Below, piece after piece: positions 1 through 7,897 of a stretch of 18,655 bases of DNA. The stretch lies in UHGV virus genome UHGV-2101173, one strand, 5' to 3'. Under the pieces are notes generated by a model that made no database searches, had not been told where the DNA came from, and worked only from the letters and a program-made list of their open reading frames with translations. This stretch comes from a virus. The translations under genes and the position numbers were made by a program. Position 1 is the stretch's first letter. Every line of letters starts with the position of its first letter.

Positions 1-1162
1 CCAGAGAGCTATCGAAATTCACCGAAATAAGCACGTTCTGGCCCTTTTCAGGCATTCGATCACTACAGCTTATCCAACCATCCGGAGTTACCGGAGAGTT
101 GCCCGACAGTCTACGCAAAACAGCCTTAACAGCCTCAATACGGTCATCATCGCAATTTTCCAGCGTATCTATGCGGTCGAGCATGATGATGGCGTTATCA
201 ATATCAGGATTGCCAGTCCACTCATTACCGCGATTGGATTCGGCAGCCTGGTTGCCAGATGCTGGTTGATTGTCGGCTTGGCTATAGCTAACAGCACGGC
301 AGGCATCCTCTACGCCTTTAACTGCATCTGCGCAGTAGTTATAGCGATTGCATTCCACTAACTTCTGCTTGAGATTTTCAATTGCTTGCGCGACATCAGC
401 CTGTATTTCTGGAACTGGCGGAACGGCTGTTTGCTCTCGAACGTCATTAGTCGCTATCGGTTCTGCTGCCAACTGACTGGCATATTTGTTAATGGTAACG
501 ATAAGCTCTTGCTCAGCCTCATCCAGACAATCACCGATACCTCGCCTGTCACCGTCAAAATCATCGAAATCGGCACGAATCTTGGCAACCTCCCGGATTG
601 CGGACAACACCTCACTAGGAATTACCGGATAGTTGGTTGACGTTTCCGCGATTTCCCGAAAATTATTGGTTGACGAATTCTTATTTTCCCGAAAGTTTCC
701 GGACTGAAGCATGGCGGCGCGGCAGGCGTTAAGCGCGTTTTGCACGCGTTTAGCGTTCTGTACTTCGTATTTAGGTGCGGCTGCCAATGCCCATAGCCAA
801 CCAATTTCATAGCTATCAGCTTTTGATAGAGCACATTCCATTTCCAGTGTTATTTTCTTAGGTACGAGTTGCCAATCATCTGGCACTACCGGCGCTGGCA
901 GCTCGCGATACAGCGAGATTACACGACGCGGGTCCGCATATTTATCTGGCGGACACTGAAATATCTCACCGAAACCATACTTCCTGACATCGCGCAGTTC
1001 CTCTTCATCAGTCCATGCCACCGGTTCTGCTTCCAGCGATGCCAGAGCAATCCGTGCCAGCTCTTCCGCTTCTTCTGCTGGCAGTACAACGTTGCTACCA
1101 GGTCCGTATGTTTCGCGCCACTGCTTGATTGTCAGCAGTCGCTCTTTGGTAATAGTGATCAT
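1..1162 (-). CDS. Hypothetical early-left (ea-type) protein, partial; N-terminus at 1162, C-terminus beyond the window edge
   Basis: Uninterrupted minus-strand reading frame of 387 codons from ATG at 1162 to position 1 (MITITKERLLTIKQWRETYGPGSNVVLPAEEAEE...). Start ATG overlaps the upstream gene stop (ATGA). Absent from the ORF track, consistent with no in-window stop. No family recognised. Confidence 0.6.
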   Translation of the reverse strand, partial: MITITKERLLTIKQWRETYGPGSNVVLPAEEAEELARIALASLEAEPVAWTDEEELRDVRKYGFGEIFQCPPDKYADPRRVISLYRELPAPVVPDDWQLVPKKITLEMECALSKADSYEIGWLWALAAAPKYEVQNAKRVQNALNACRAAMLQSGNFRENKNSSTNNFREIAETSTNYPVIPSEVLSAIREVAKIRADFDDFDGDRRGIGDCLDEAEQELIVTINKYASQLAAEPIATNDVREQTAVPPVPEIQADVAQAIENLKQKLVECNRYNYCADAVKGVEDACRAVSYSQADNQPASGNQAAESNRGNEWTGNPDIDNAIIMLDRIDTLENCDDDRIEAVKAVLRRLSGNSPVTPDGWISCSDRMPEKGQNVLISVNFDSSL

Positions 1163-1674
1163 GCCGCGTTTCCTTCTTTCTTATTAACAATTACACCGTC
1201 ATATATTTCATTAAGGTGCCCTCTCAACTCCATGCGCCTTAATGCAGATAACATGTAATCGCATTCAACCTGCTTATTTCCAGTAAATGGCTTATCGTCA
1301 GGATTACCCCAACAGCAATTACCCTTGGGCCACCCATGCACTTTCCGTACTCTTCCGTTAACAACGTGAAGTAATCCCCAGCCAGGTGGTAAATCCTCAA
1401 TTGAAATAATTCCCGGCTCACTAATAAAGAATCGCCAGTCGCCCATTCCAAGAGACGGATTTTTACGAAAACGCTTTTTTCTATCTGCCAACAAGTCAGC
1501 ACGAGAACACTTCGCCTCTATCAGGCATGATGCTGAATTTCTGAATCCCATAGCATCTGGCTGTTCTCCGGTACTGGTTACAGCCATAAAGCGGTCATGA
1601 AAACAAACCTTGAACCCGTTGCGCTTAAGGAACTTGTACGCAATCTGACAGAGTTCGCGGTGTGTTAGCGCCAT
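1159..1674 (-). CDS. Hypothetical protein with a PD-(D/E)xK-like motif, possible nuclease
   Basis: ORF track 1159..1716; preferred start is ATG at 1674 (MALTHRELCQ...) preceded by SD AAGGAG. Sequence has ...GEQPDAMGF...SCLIEAKCS..., resembling the D...ExK nuclease signature. Motif reading only. Confidence 0.45.
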   Translation of the reverse strand: MALTHRELCQIAYKFLKRNGFKVCFHDRFMAVTSTGEQPDAMGFRNSASCLIEAKCSRADLLADRKKRFRKNPSLGMGDWRFFISEPGIISIEDLPPGWGLLHVVNGRVRKVHGWPKGNCCWGNPDDKPFTGNKQVECDYMLSALRRMELRGHLNEIYDGVIVNKKEGNAA

Positions 1675-1675
1675 A

Positions 1676-2383
1676 TCACTCTCCTTTGATGCGAATGCCA
1701 GTAGCGCGGATTGCATCGATGACTTCAGAAACTTTGTATGCCATTACCGTTTGGTAATCATCGTGAAAATCTGTTCGATGAAGCATGCTGCTACGTTCCG
1801 GGAGCGTTATTTCCCGAGCATCCAGTTCCTTAACGCGTTCCTCCAGTTCGTAGACCCTGCATTGTTCTCTATCATCAATCAGATATAACCCAAGACATTC
1901 GCTTTCTACCCAACCGCCAAAATCATGATCGTAACGCTCACATGAAAACTCACCGTCACCGTCCTTTGTTGGAATGGTGTAACTGTCTAATGGGCCACCG
2001 TACGTCGGCACATTTCCTAATGTCGGATGCTCAATCCACATAAAAAATGCACGTCCGGTTATTGGGCAAATATCTGGCCGCCATTGGTTACGAACAGCGT
2101 TGGTTTCTGATAATTCTTCAGCGTGTTGTTTTACTTCCTCAAGCTCAACACGCAGCTTCCCTACCGTTAGCGCAATATCCTCGTTCTCCTGATCGCGGCT
2201 TTTGATGTATTGCAGGTTTCTTTCCCGTTCATCCAACAATGCCAGCGCGATATCTGGCGAAAAGTGCTTCATAAAATCGTTAAGCGCATTAATTCGCTGA
2301 TCGAAAGGCATTACAGGTGCTTCACCAGCAATTTTTGTTTTTTCAGCGATTTCACGAAGCTTTTGATAATCAATCTTGCTCAC
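1676..2383 (-). CDS. Hypothetical prophage protein, possibly Ead/Ea22-like
   Basis: ORF track 1676..2404; preferred start is GTG at 2383 preceded by strong SD AAGGAGG, overlapping the upstream stop (GTGA). N-terminal half looks coiled-coil, C-terminal half globular ([35 protein letters not shown]). Family assignment from memory only. Confidence 0.5.
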   Translation of the reverse strand: MSKIDYQKLREIAEKTKIAGEAPVMPFDQRINALNDFMKHFSPDIALALLDERERNLQYIKSRDQENEDIALTVGKLRVELEEVKQHAEELSETNAVRNQWRPDICPITGRAFFMWIEHPTLGNVPTYGGPLDSYTIPTKDGDGEFSCERYDHDFGGWVESECLGLYLIDDREQCRVYELEERVKELDAREITLPERSSMLHRTDFHDDYQTVMAYKVSEVIDAIRATGIRIKGE

Positions 2384-2580
2384 TGGTTGCCTCCTTTGCG
2401 CCACATCGCATTCAGATATTTGTTTTGATTCACTGACGGAAAAGAATTTCTCTTAAGTAATTCCTCTCTCGATGGCATTGGCTTTACGCGTTGGCGAATA
2501 ATCATTTCTGCCGGAAGAATGCCGGGATTGCATGCAAGTCCTCTCATGGTAAATTCCTCAGTCATTACTGATAGCGCCAT
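2380..2580 (-). CDS. Small hypothetical protein (start ambiguous: ATG at 2580 or 2565)
   Basis: 3' part of track ORF 2380..2697. The long version overlaps the neighbouring ORF 2558..2851 in another frame, so an internal start ([10 protein letters not shown]... or MTEEF...) is more likely. No strong SD. Confidence 0.3.
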   Translation of the reverse strand: MALSVMTEEFTMRGLACNPGILPAEMIIRQRVKPMPSREELLKRNSFPSVNQNKYLNAMWRKGGNQ

Positions 2581-2851
2581 AGCGTGAGCGGTAATTACGC
2601 AGGCGCGGGTCAATTTCAGGGAAGTGGGTATATGTGGCTTTGCGGAATGGTCGGATTGATGTCTGGTAAATTCGCTCGCGTTCTTCTTTCTCTGCAAGCC
2701 ATATACAATGGCGAAATTCCTTTTCCTCTTTCGTTTCCTGCGGTAGCGACATTATCCGGTCGTAGTTTTTTCCGAATTTATCCAGCACCTCCAATACGGA
2801 ATTGCCGGAACAGCGGCGCGGGTCATCCGCACCATACAGAGGCGCTGGCAT
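2558..2851 (-). CDS. Hypothetical protein (97 aa)
   Basis: ORF track; ATG at 2851 preceded by SD AGGAG at 6 nt spacing; lies just downstream of the exonuclease stop. No family recognised. Confidence 0.45.
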   Translation of the reverse strand: MPAPLYGADDPRRCSGNSVLEVLDKFGKNYDRIMSLPQETKEEKEFRHCIWLAEKEERERIYQTSIRPFRKATYTHFPEIDPRLRNYRSRYGAISND

Positions 2852-2867
2852 GTTTTTCTCCTGTTGA

Positions 2868-3415
2868 TTATTTAGCTAACTTTTTCCAGATCGCTGAAAC
2901 GTATTTGGCTTGGTGAATGGCATCATCAAGCGCGTTGTGGCGAGTTCCTTTGAATGGCATATCTCGCTTAGGGTCGAATCCTATTGCCTTCCCAAGTTCG
3001 ACGATTGTTCTTACGTCGCGGTCATTCCACCACTGCCACGGAACTGGCTGCCCTGTCAGCGAATAACTGTTGCGGAGAATAACGCAGTCAAATGATGCTC
3101 CATTCCCCCAAACCTGAACGAATTTGTGGTTAGCGTTCTTTATGATGAATTCAGATAACCATGAAAGAGCCGTTGAGAGCTCTTGAGTGTTGCTGGTTAG
3201 CGATTTTCTGGCTTCTTCACTCTGTTCCATCCACCATAAAATCGTTGAAGCGTCAGGACGCGCCCGATATCGCATTGATGACTCAAGCGAGATATTTACC
3301 GAGAACTCTTCTCCTGTTTCTCCGGTATTCGGGTCAAAGAATACCGCCCAATAGAAATAACTGGCGCGTATGGCCCGTTGCCCATTGTTTCAAGGTCAAC
3401 CATCAAGTGATTCAT
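2868..3415 (-). pseudogene. DEDDh-type 3'-5' exonuclease (DnaQ-like), interrupted by a -1 frameshift near 3340..3350
   Basis: Frame A (3415..3296) encodes MNHLMVDLETMGNGPYAPVISIG then stops; this carries the Exo I motif D-x-E. Track ORF 2868..3275 in another frame carries Exo II (GNGASFDCVIL) and Exo III (HNALDDAIH). That frame stays open upstream as ...AVFFDPNTGETGEEF... with no start codon. The two frames join at attgggcggtattc, where a GGG run sits. Confidence 0.6.
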
Positions 3416-3423
3416 GTAAGTCC

Positions 3424-3939
3424 TTAAATTGCGTGAATAGCGTGACGAGGGAAGGGGAGAGTTACTGGTGCAAAGGGGATGTCGTCGTCAAAATCCATAG
3501 GTGGTTCGCTGTGATTTCCCTGCTGCTGAGGTTGCTGTCTTTGTTGCTGACCATTATTTCGCTGAGGTGAAGACTGTTCATTGCCTCCTTGCTTGCCACC
3601 AAGCATTTGCATGGTTCCACCAACGCCCACGATGACTTCGGTAGTGAACCGATCCTGTCCGCTTTGATCCTGCCATTTTCTTGTCCGCAATTTGCCTTCA
3701 AGATAAACCTCAGAGCCTTTTCGCAGATATTCGCTGGCAATTTCTGCCAGTTTCCCGCTCATTACCACGCGGTGCCACTCCGTCTGCTCCTTTTGCTCTC
3801 CAGTTTGCTTATCACGCCATTGTTCTGACGTAGCAACGGTAAGGTTTGCAAATGCCGTTCCTGATGGTGAATATCTGATTTCTGGATCATGCCCAAGGCG
3901 ACCAATAATGATCACCTTATTTACGCCTCTGCTTGCCAT
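3424..3939 (-). CDS. ssb: Single-stranded DNA-binding protein (SSB) with a C-terminal extension
   Basis: ORF track; OB-fold-like N-terminus, Gly/Gln-rich linker, conserved acidic tip MDFDDDIPF. The frame continues 15 codons past the tip ([15 protein letters not shown]). Confidence 0.85.
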   Translation of the reverse strand: MASRGVNKVIIIGRLGHDPEIRYSPSGTAFANLTVATSEQWRDKQTGEQKEQTEWHRVVMSGKLAEIASEYLRKGSEVYLEGKLRTRKWQDQSGQDRFTTEVIVGVGGTMQMLGGKQGGNEQSSPQRNNGQQQRQQPQQQGNHSEPPMDFDDDIPFAPVTLPFPRHAIHAI

Positions 3940-4647
3940 TTATGCCGCCTGTTTTAGCTCGTTAACTCTGATGTTCATTACCTGAACGCATTTAGCCTGC
4001 GCCTCCTCGTTTCCAGCCATTAATTGCCAGTCACGCTGATAACGCTCGATGAGTTTTTTCTTGTCAGTTTCTGTTGACGCATAATCGCTGAAGTCTTTCA
4101 GGATTTGTTCGCAGTCAACCGATGGAGATTTCTGGTTGGTATTTTCTGGTGATGGTTTGTTATCTGATGCTGGGATTGCCCATCCCGGCAGTGATGGAGG
4201 GAGCCAGTAAAATCCTGTTCCATCCTTCAGTTTTGCCCTGTGCCACCCCTGCTTTTTATCGAGAGATGTTTGTGCGAAACCTTCCTCAAGGTTATACAGA
4301 TACCGACCGATTCCCCACTGAACGGCAGCGCGCTTCATTGCACCGGAACGACCACCTTTGACGGCTTCTACCTGCGTGTTTTCAGCAGCATCCCATTTGG
4401 TTACCCATTCGGAATCAATCTTTATTGATATGCCGCATTCAACGCCGCCGTTGTTGGGAATATCGCGGTATTCATTGCGCCATCCTGCTTTGCCGCAAAC
4501 ATCGTCCAGGCGTTTCATGATTGCCCGGTTCGTGACATAAGCCAGCACCATAGCCCACACTTTGCCATCGCGTGTTTTACCGCTTTGCTGTATTCGCCAT
4601 TCGATATCTTCAGGGCTGAATGGCTCATCGAATTTATTCAAATCCAT
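3940..4647 (-). CDS. Rad52/Erf-superfamily single-strand annealing protein
   Basis: ORF track; ...VEAVKGGRSGAMKRAAVQWGIGRYLYN... resembles the Rad52-type annealing core. Sits directly upstream of ssb. SD GAGGTG before the ATG. Confidence 0.7.
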   Translation of the reverse strand: MDLNKFDEPFSPEDIEWRIQQSGKTRDGKVWAMVLAYVTNRAIMKRLDDVCGKAGWRNEYRDIPNNGGVECGISIKIDSEWVTKWDAAENTQVEAVKGGRSGAMKRAAVQWGIGRYLYNLEEGFAQTSLDKKQGWHRAKLKDGTGFYWLPPSLPGWAIPASDNKPSPENTNQKSPSVDCEQILKDFSDYASTETDKKKLIERYQRDWQLMAGNEEAQAKCVQVMNIRVNELKQAA

Positions 4648-4746
4648 AATTCACCTCAGAATGGACACGGCCCAAGGAAATAACGCTGATTTAATACTTC
4701 GACTCGGGACAAATTAAGGCATACCCGCATTCCTTCGCGGTCACCA

Positions 4747-4905
4747 TTATGGCGATACCAGAGAGCTTTCTGCGTGTACATGCGTCTCTGTAACTTGCTC
4801 TCCTTCACCGTGGTTGCAAGTGACATGAATATCTCCTTCGTTACCGATTAAATCTTTCATCTGACGAATGAATTCTTCGTCTGACCAGTTATCTGTAAAA
4901 CTCAT
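4747..4905 (-). CDS. Small acidic hypothetical protein (52 aa)
   Basis: Hand-translated, below track threshold: MSFTDNWSDEEFIRQMKDLIGNEGDIHVTCNHGEGEQVTETHVHAESSLVSP. Its ATG overlaps the kil stop (ATGA), suggesting translational coupling. Confidence 0.35.
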   Translation of the reverse strand: MSFTDNWSDEEFIRQMKDLIGNEGDIHVTCNHGEGEQVTETHVHAESSLVSP

Positions 4906-5054
4906 TTCCTGCGATACCACGGAAGGTTGATAGCTGATTTCATCGCTTTATTTGCTTCAAGCCACATTTTTGAATCACCAATAAAGCTGGCTATTACTGC
5001 TTTGTTTTGTGCTGCACGAAGCATCTGGTGATTGATGGCTATTTCATTGCGCAT
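4902..5054 (-). CDS. kil: Kil-like host cell-division inhibitor
   Basis: Hand-translated 50 aa: MRNEIAINHQMLRAAQNKAVIASFIGDSKMWLEANKAMKSAINLPWYRRK. The IASFIGDSKM segment resembles lambda Kil as I recall it. SD GAGG upstream; sits just downstream of cIII as in lambda. Confidence 0.55.
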   Translation of the reverse strand: MRNEIAINHQMLRAAQNKAVIASFIGDSKMWLEANKAMKSAINLPWYRRK

Positions 5055-5170
5055 AATAAGACCTCAACTCTTTTCCATCCGTCACGTAATTTACGGGTGA
5101 TTCGTTCAAGTAAAGATTCATTTAGTTGGAAGGCACCCATGCGAGCGCCTCCCGCGATTGCGTAAATCAT
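5039..5170 (-). CDS. cIII: CIII-like protease inhibitor
   Basis: Hand-translated 43 aa: MIYAIAGGARMGAFQLNESLLERITRKLRDGWKRVEVLLCAMK. The ESLLERITRKLRDGWKR core matches lambda CIII as recalled. SD AAGGAA upstream. Confidence 0.7.
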   Translation of the reverse strand: MIYAIAGGARMGAFQLNESLLERITRKLRDGWKRVEVLLCAMK

Positions 5171-5193
5171 GGGTGGTTCCTTATGTTGGTTTA

Positions 5194-6162
5194 TTAGTAG
5201 GTTATTTTTGTTGCGAATACTTCGCCTTTTACGATGGCTGTTATGATATTTTTAGCAACATCTTCTGATGCGCCAACCTTGATAATGTCAGCAAGTATTT
5301 TGTTATTTACTTCTTTCCGGTGAGCTTTATCCTTTGCTCTACGCTCTTCTTCGTCCTTGATTCTTTTTTCTTCTGCTATTCTGGCTTGCTCTTTTGCTTC
5401 AGCCTCGCGCCGGATTCGTTCAGCCTCCTCCTGTGCTTTTCGGCGTTCTGCTTCAATTGCCGCCTGCTTTTCTCTTTCAGCTCGTTCTGCTGCCTCTTTT
5501 GCTTCGCGCTGTGCTCGTTGCTCGGCTTCAATGCGTTCACGCTCTGCACGTTCCGCTGCGGCCTTAGCTTCTGCTTCTCGCCTTGCTGCTGCTTCAATTT
5601 CGGCTTTTGCCTTTGCTTCGGCTTCTGCTCTGGCTTTCTCTTCAGCTTCTCTTTTTAAGCGTTCTTCATGCTCTCGCTTTTCCTGCTCCGCTTTGAGTCT
5701 TGCCTCTTCTCTTTGGCGGTCAAATTCGCGATCCATCAAAATCGCTATTTCATGGTCAGACTCAATTTGCTTTGCGAGAGCTTCAGCTGCTGCCTTAGCT
5801 TCTTCTTCGGCTTTAATCCGTGCCTGTTCCTCCTCATAATCAGTAAGAGGCTGGCGCGCCTTGGCTTTCAGTTCATCAAGGCGATCGCGCACTGTCTTGC
5901 GGTTAGCATCAATTAGCTTTGGAATTTCCTTCAGTTCAGCAACAAGGTCTTTGCCAAGACCATCGAGATATGTTTTCGTCTGCGCAACTTTATACGCCAG
6001 AGAAGCGATCTCCTTTCTGCCCTTTGCCGTTGTGATATCAGGCACAAAGGACATAACTTCACGTTCAACCTTTTGGAGAATTTCTTCAATCTGGTCGGCA
6101 GACTGAAATACAGTCATCGCATTTGCTTTTTCAATAACAACTAAATCTGTTACTTCACTCAT
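5194..6162 (-). CDS. Coiled-coil protein with a long Glu/Ala/Lys/Arg-rich helical tract (TolA domain II-like)
   Basis: ORF track 5194..6258; preferred start is ATG at 6162 preceded by SD GGAGGA. About 190 residues of EAK/ERA-type repeats flanked by short globular ends. The underlying DNA is repetitive. Confidence 0.65.
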   Translation of the reverse strand: MSEVTDLVVIEKANAMTVFQSADQIEEILQKVEREVMSFVPDITTAKGRKEIASLAYKVAQTKTYLDGLGKDLVAELKEIPKLIDANRKTVRDRLDELKAKARQPLTDYEEEQARIKAEEEAKAAAEALAKQIESDHEIAILMDREFDRQREEARLKAEQEKREHEERLKREAEEKARAEAEAKAKAEIEAAARREAEAKAAAERAERERIEAEQRAQREAKEAAERAEREKQAAIEAERRKAQEEAERIRREAEAKEQARIAEEKRIKDEEERRAKDKAHRKEVNNKILADIIKVGASEDVAKNIITAIVKGEVFATKITY

Positions 6163-6174
6163 ATATCCTCCATC

Positions 6175-6201
6175 AAAAAAAATCGCCCTCACACTGGAGG
6201 G
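6175..6201 (-). terminator. Weak intrinsic terminator-like element upstream of the coiled-coil gene
   Basis: 5-bp GC-rich stem (ccctc/gaggg, 6186..6201) followed on the minus strand by a U8 tract (plus A-run 6175..6182). Stem is short. Confidence 0.3.
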
Positions 6202-6453
6202 AAAAGAAGATTTCCAATAATCAGAACAAGTCGGCTCCTGTTTAGTTACGAGCGACATTGCTCACATAGCAGACTCGTAAATCTGCTATAGGCGCTTATT
6301 CGCATCGCATGACAACATCAAATTTTTCGAGATTACTTTGTCGCAACAATCCTTTTTCTACGCGGTCAGCTTTTCTATAATTATCAAATTAGAAATGTTT
6401 AATTACTTCTTTCGTTTCTCGCTCTATAACTTCAACAATGTATTTCTTATTCA

Positions 6454-6732
6454 TCATTCTTCCCCCAGAGCCTTGCTGATGGCTGCCTTGGCTCGTTTGT
6501 ATTCGGTTAACTCTCTGCACCCTTCGTCATGCTCGTAAATGAAGACAAGCTCTTGCAGTGCTTCAAGCAAATCAGGAGCTGCTGCTATCAGTAGCGCATC
6601 CTCCCTTTCATTTCTTGTTGCTGCTTCAATGTATGTGTCACCAATCGTCACACCATGGAACGTAGTCATCATCTCGTTGACGTTTCTAACCGTGTACTTC
6701 CATTTACCAGGCGTACCCTTAAACTCTTTCAT
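6454..6732 (-). CDS. Hypothetical protein (~92 aa)
   Basis: ORF track 6454..6738 (GTG); ATG at 6732 preceded by GAGGTG. Contains ...EDALLIAAAPDLLEALQELV..., a motif I recall from small prophage proteins. Confidence 0.5.
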   Translation of the reverse strand: MKEFKGTPGKWKYTVRNVNEMMTTFHGVTIGDTYIEAATRNEREDALLIAAAPDLLEALQELVFIYEHDEGCRELTEYKRAKAAISKALGEE

Positions 6733-6750
6733 ATCCACCTCTGTTGTTTA

Positions 6751-6780
6751 TGCCAAAAATAAAGGCCGACTATGCGGCCT
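6751..6780 (-). terminator. Intrinsic terminator downstream of the membrane-protein gene
   Basis: 6-bp GC stem aggccg/cggcct (6763..6780) with a 6-nt loop, followed on the minus strand by a T-rich run (plus 6751..6762 tgccaaaaataa). Confidence 0.45.
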
Positions 6781-6784
6781 GAAA

Positions 6785-7096
6785 TTACTTAACCAATGAT
6801 GCCGCATATTCAATTAGGAATAACTTAGGTGCAAGCCAAATCTTCAACCATTCGAAATTGAAGGCAATAATTAAAACACCCATAATTGAGCCAAATATAG
6901 GAACAAATACAGTGCATATATCGTAATAAACCGAAGATATAAAATGTTCATCATTTGGACGTCCATCGAAAGACGTCCATCTCTCGCCATTATTTCTTGC
7001 CGTTCTTGCAAAACTAGGAAGTTTAATTGCTGCAATTAAAAGCAACAATCCAGCCACTTGGAAAAGTGCGCTATGGACAAAACTCCATATTAGCAA
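6785..7096 (-). CDS. Small membrane protein, possible moron or superinfection-exclusion candidate; start codon unresolved
   Basis: ORF track; the track start at 7096 is a TTG. Hydrophobic stretches (FQVAGLLLLIAAIKL; VFVPIFGSIMGVLIIAF). Visibly AT-rich compared with neighbours. Followed by its own terminator. Confidence 0.45.
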   Translation of the reverse strand: MLIWSFVHSALFQVAGLLLLIAAIKLPSFARTARNNGERWTSFDGRPNDEHFISSVYYDICTVFVPIFGSIMGVLIIAFNFEWLKIWLAPKLFLIEYAASLVK

Positions 7097-7215
7097 CTGA
7101 TGAACAACATCAGGAATCTGTGCCTGGCTAAATGAAACAGCCGCGTCTATTCCATTGCTGGCTTTTTGCAGTAGTTCTACGAGAATCTTGTTTGCTTGTT
7201 CTTCTACATCTCACC

Positions 7216-7551
7216 TCAAATAAGTGGTTTGCTGCCTAATTTCATTTTTTGGCGACCAACACAAGTCACCCCCATTTCACTGCGTGGCTTGCGGTAGTAA
7301 ATACGGTTCTGTTTACGCTCGACTTCTTCTGCCTTCTTGCAGCGAAGGCTTCCGAGTGATGCTGCTTTTTCAGAAAGGCTTAAACGCTTTCTTGGGGCTT
7401 CCTGAACAGGTTCCTCACTGTCTGTGCCGAAGATCGAATCGATGATGTTGCATATAGCATCACGCTCGATAGCCAGCTTTCTGCGCCGCTCATGACGGCG
7501 AGTTTTGGCATTTCCTGCAAATGTTGATTTCCCGTACACGATTACCGTCAT
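7216..7551 (-). CDS. N: N-type transcription antiterminator
   Basis: ORF track 7216..7635 (GTG); preferred start ATG at 7551 with SD GAGGA. Arginine-rich motif GNAKTRRHERRRKLAIER near the N-terminus (P22 gene 24 type as recalled). C-terminus ...YYRKPRSEMGVTCVGRQKMKLGSKPLI resembles the lambda N C-terminus. Confidence 0.8.
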   Translation of the reverse strand: MTVIVYGKSTFAGNAKTRRHERRRKLAIERDAICNIIDSIFGTDSEEPVQEAPRKRLSLSEKAASLGSLRCKKAEEVERKQNRIYYRKPRSEMGVTCVGRQKMKLGSKPLI

Positions 7552-7670
7552 GATGTTTTCCTCATGTGAAATGGCTTTGGTGGTGATGCGCCAGATGCTG
7601 ATCTTCTGGTTGCTGTCGTTGCAGCTGCAATTCACATCACCGCCAAACCCATCTCGTTTGGTATCTGTTT

Positions 7671-7705
7671 GCGCTTTGTCAGCGCCCCATCGAAGTTAAA
7701 GAGCC
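7671..7705 (-). promoter_or_regulatory. nutL site (boxA + boxB)
   Basis: On the minus strand: boxA-like GCTCTTTAAC (plus 7695..7704), 9-nt spacer, boxB hairpin GCGCTGACAAAGCGC (plus 7671..7685), located between pL and N. Confidence 0.7.
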
Positions 7706-7743
7706 TGCCAATCTGTTCCGTTTGGCGTCCTGCTGATGGCTAA

Positions 7744-7772
7744 ATAGTACGATGTGTACTTTATTGAGTCAA
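7744..7772 (-). promoter_or_regulatory. pL promoter
   Basis: Minus-strand -35 TTGACT (plus 7767..7772), 17-nt spacer, -10 TACTAT (plus 7744..7749); overlapped by operator OL1. Confidence 0.55.
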
Positions 7773-7817
7773 TACAAAATGTTCTAAATGCGGTTAGTTT
7801 TTTATAACACTTTGTAT
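7747..7817. promoter_or_regulatory. OL operator cluster (candidate repressor sites)
   Basis: 13-mer GTACGATGTGTAC (7747..7759) is near-identical to the reverse complement of a site in the OR region; weaker related sites at about 7772..7784 and 7805..7817. Confidence 0.45.
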
Positions 7818-7836
7818 TTTATTGATTTATATTTTG

Positions 7837-7867
7837 GAAAAAGAAAACCCGACGCTAAGGTCGGGTT
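7837..7867 (-). terminator. Intrinsic terminator downstream of the repressor gene
   Basis: 8-bp stem aacccgac/gtcgggtt (7846..7867), loop gctaag; followed on the minus strand by ttctttttcc. Confidence 0.6.
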
Positions 7868-7897
7868 ATTGTTGTGTGTTTTAGAGTGGTGAGGCTG

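Noticed and set aside
386-1258. Track ORFs 386..640 (+), 622..834 (-) and 869..1258 (+)
   Set aside because: All lie inside the uninterrupted 387-codon minus-strand ORF (1..1162) and have unconvincing composition.
5320-6106. Several long plus-strand ORFs (5320..5658, 5357..5839, 5376..5597, 5668..5916, 5861..6106) rich in Ser/Ala/Leu/Cys/Phe
   Set aside because: They are antisense or alternative-frame readings of the repetitive GAA/GCT-rich DNA encoding the charged coiled-coil tract. The translations are low-complexity and lack starts with ribosome-binding sites.
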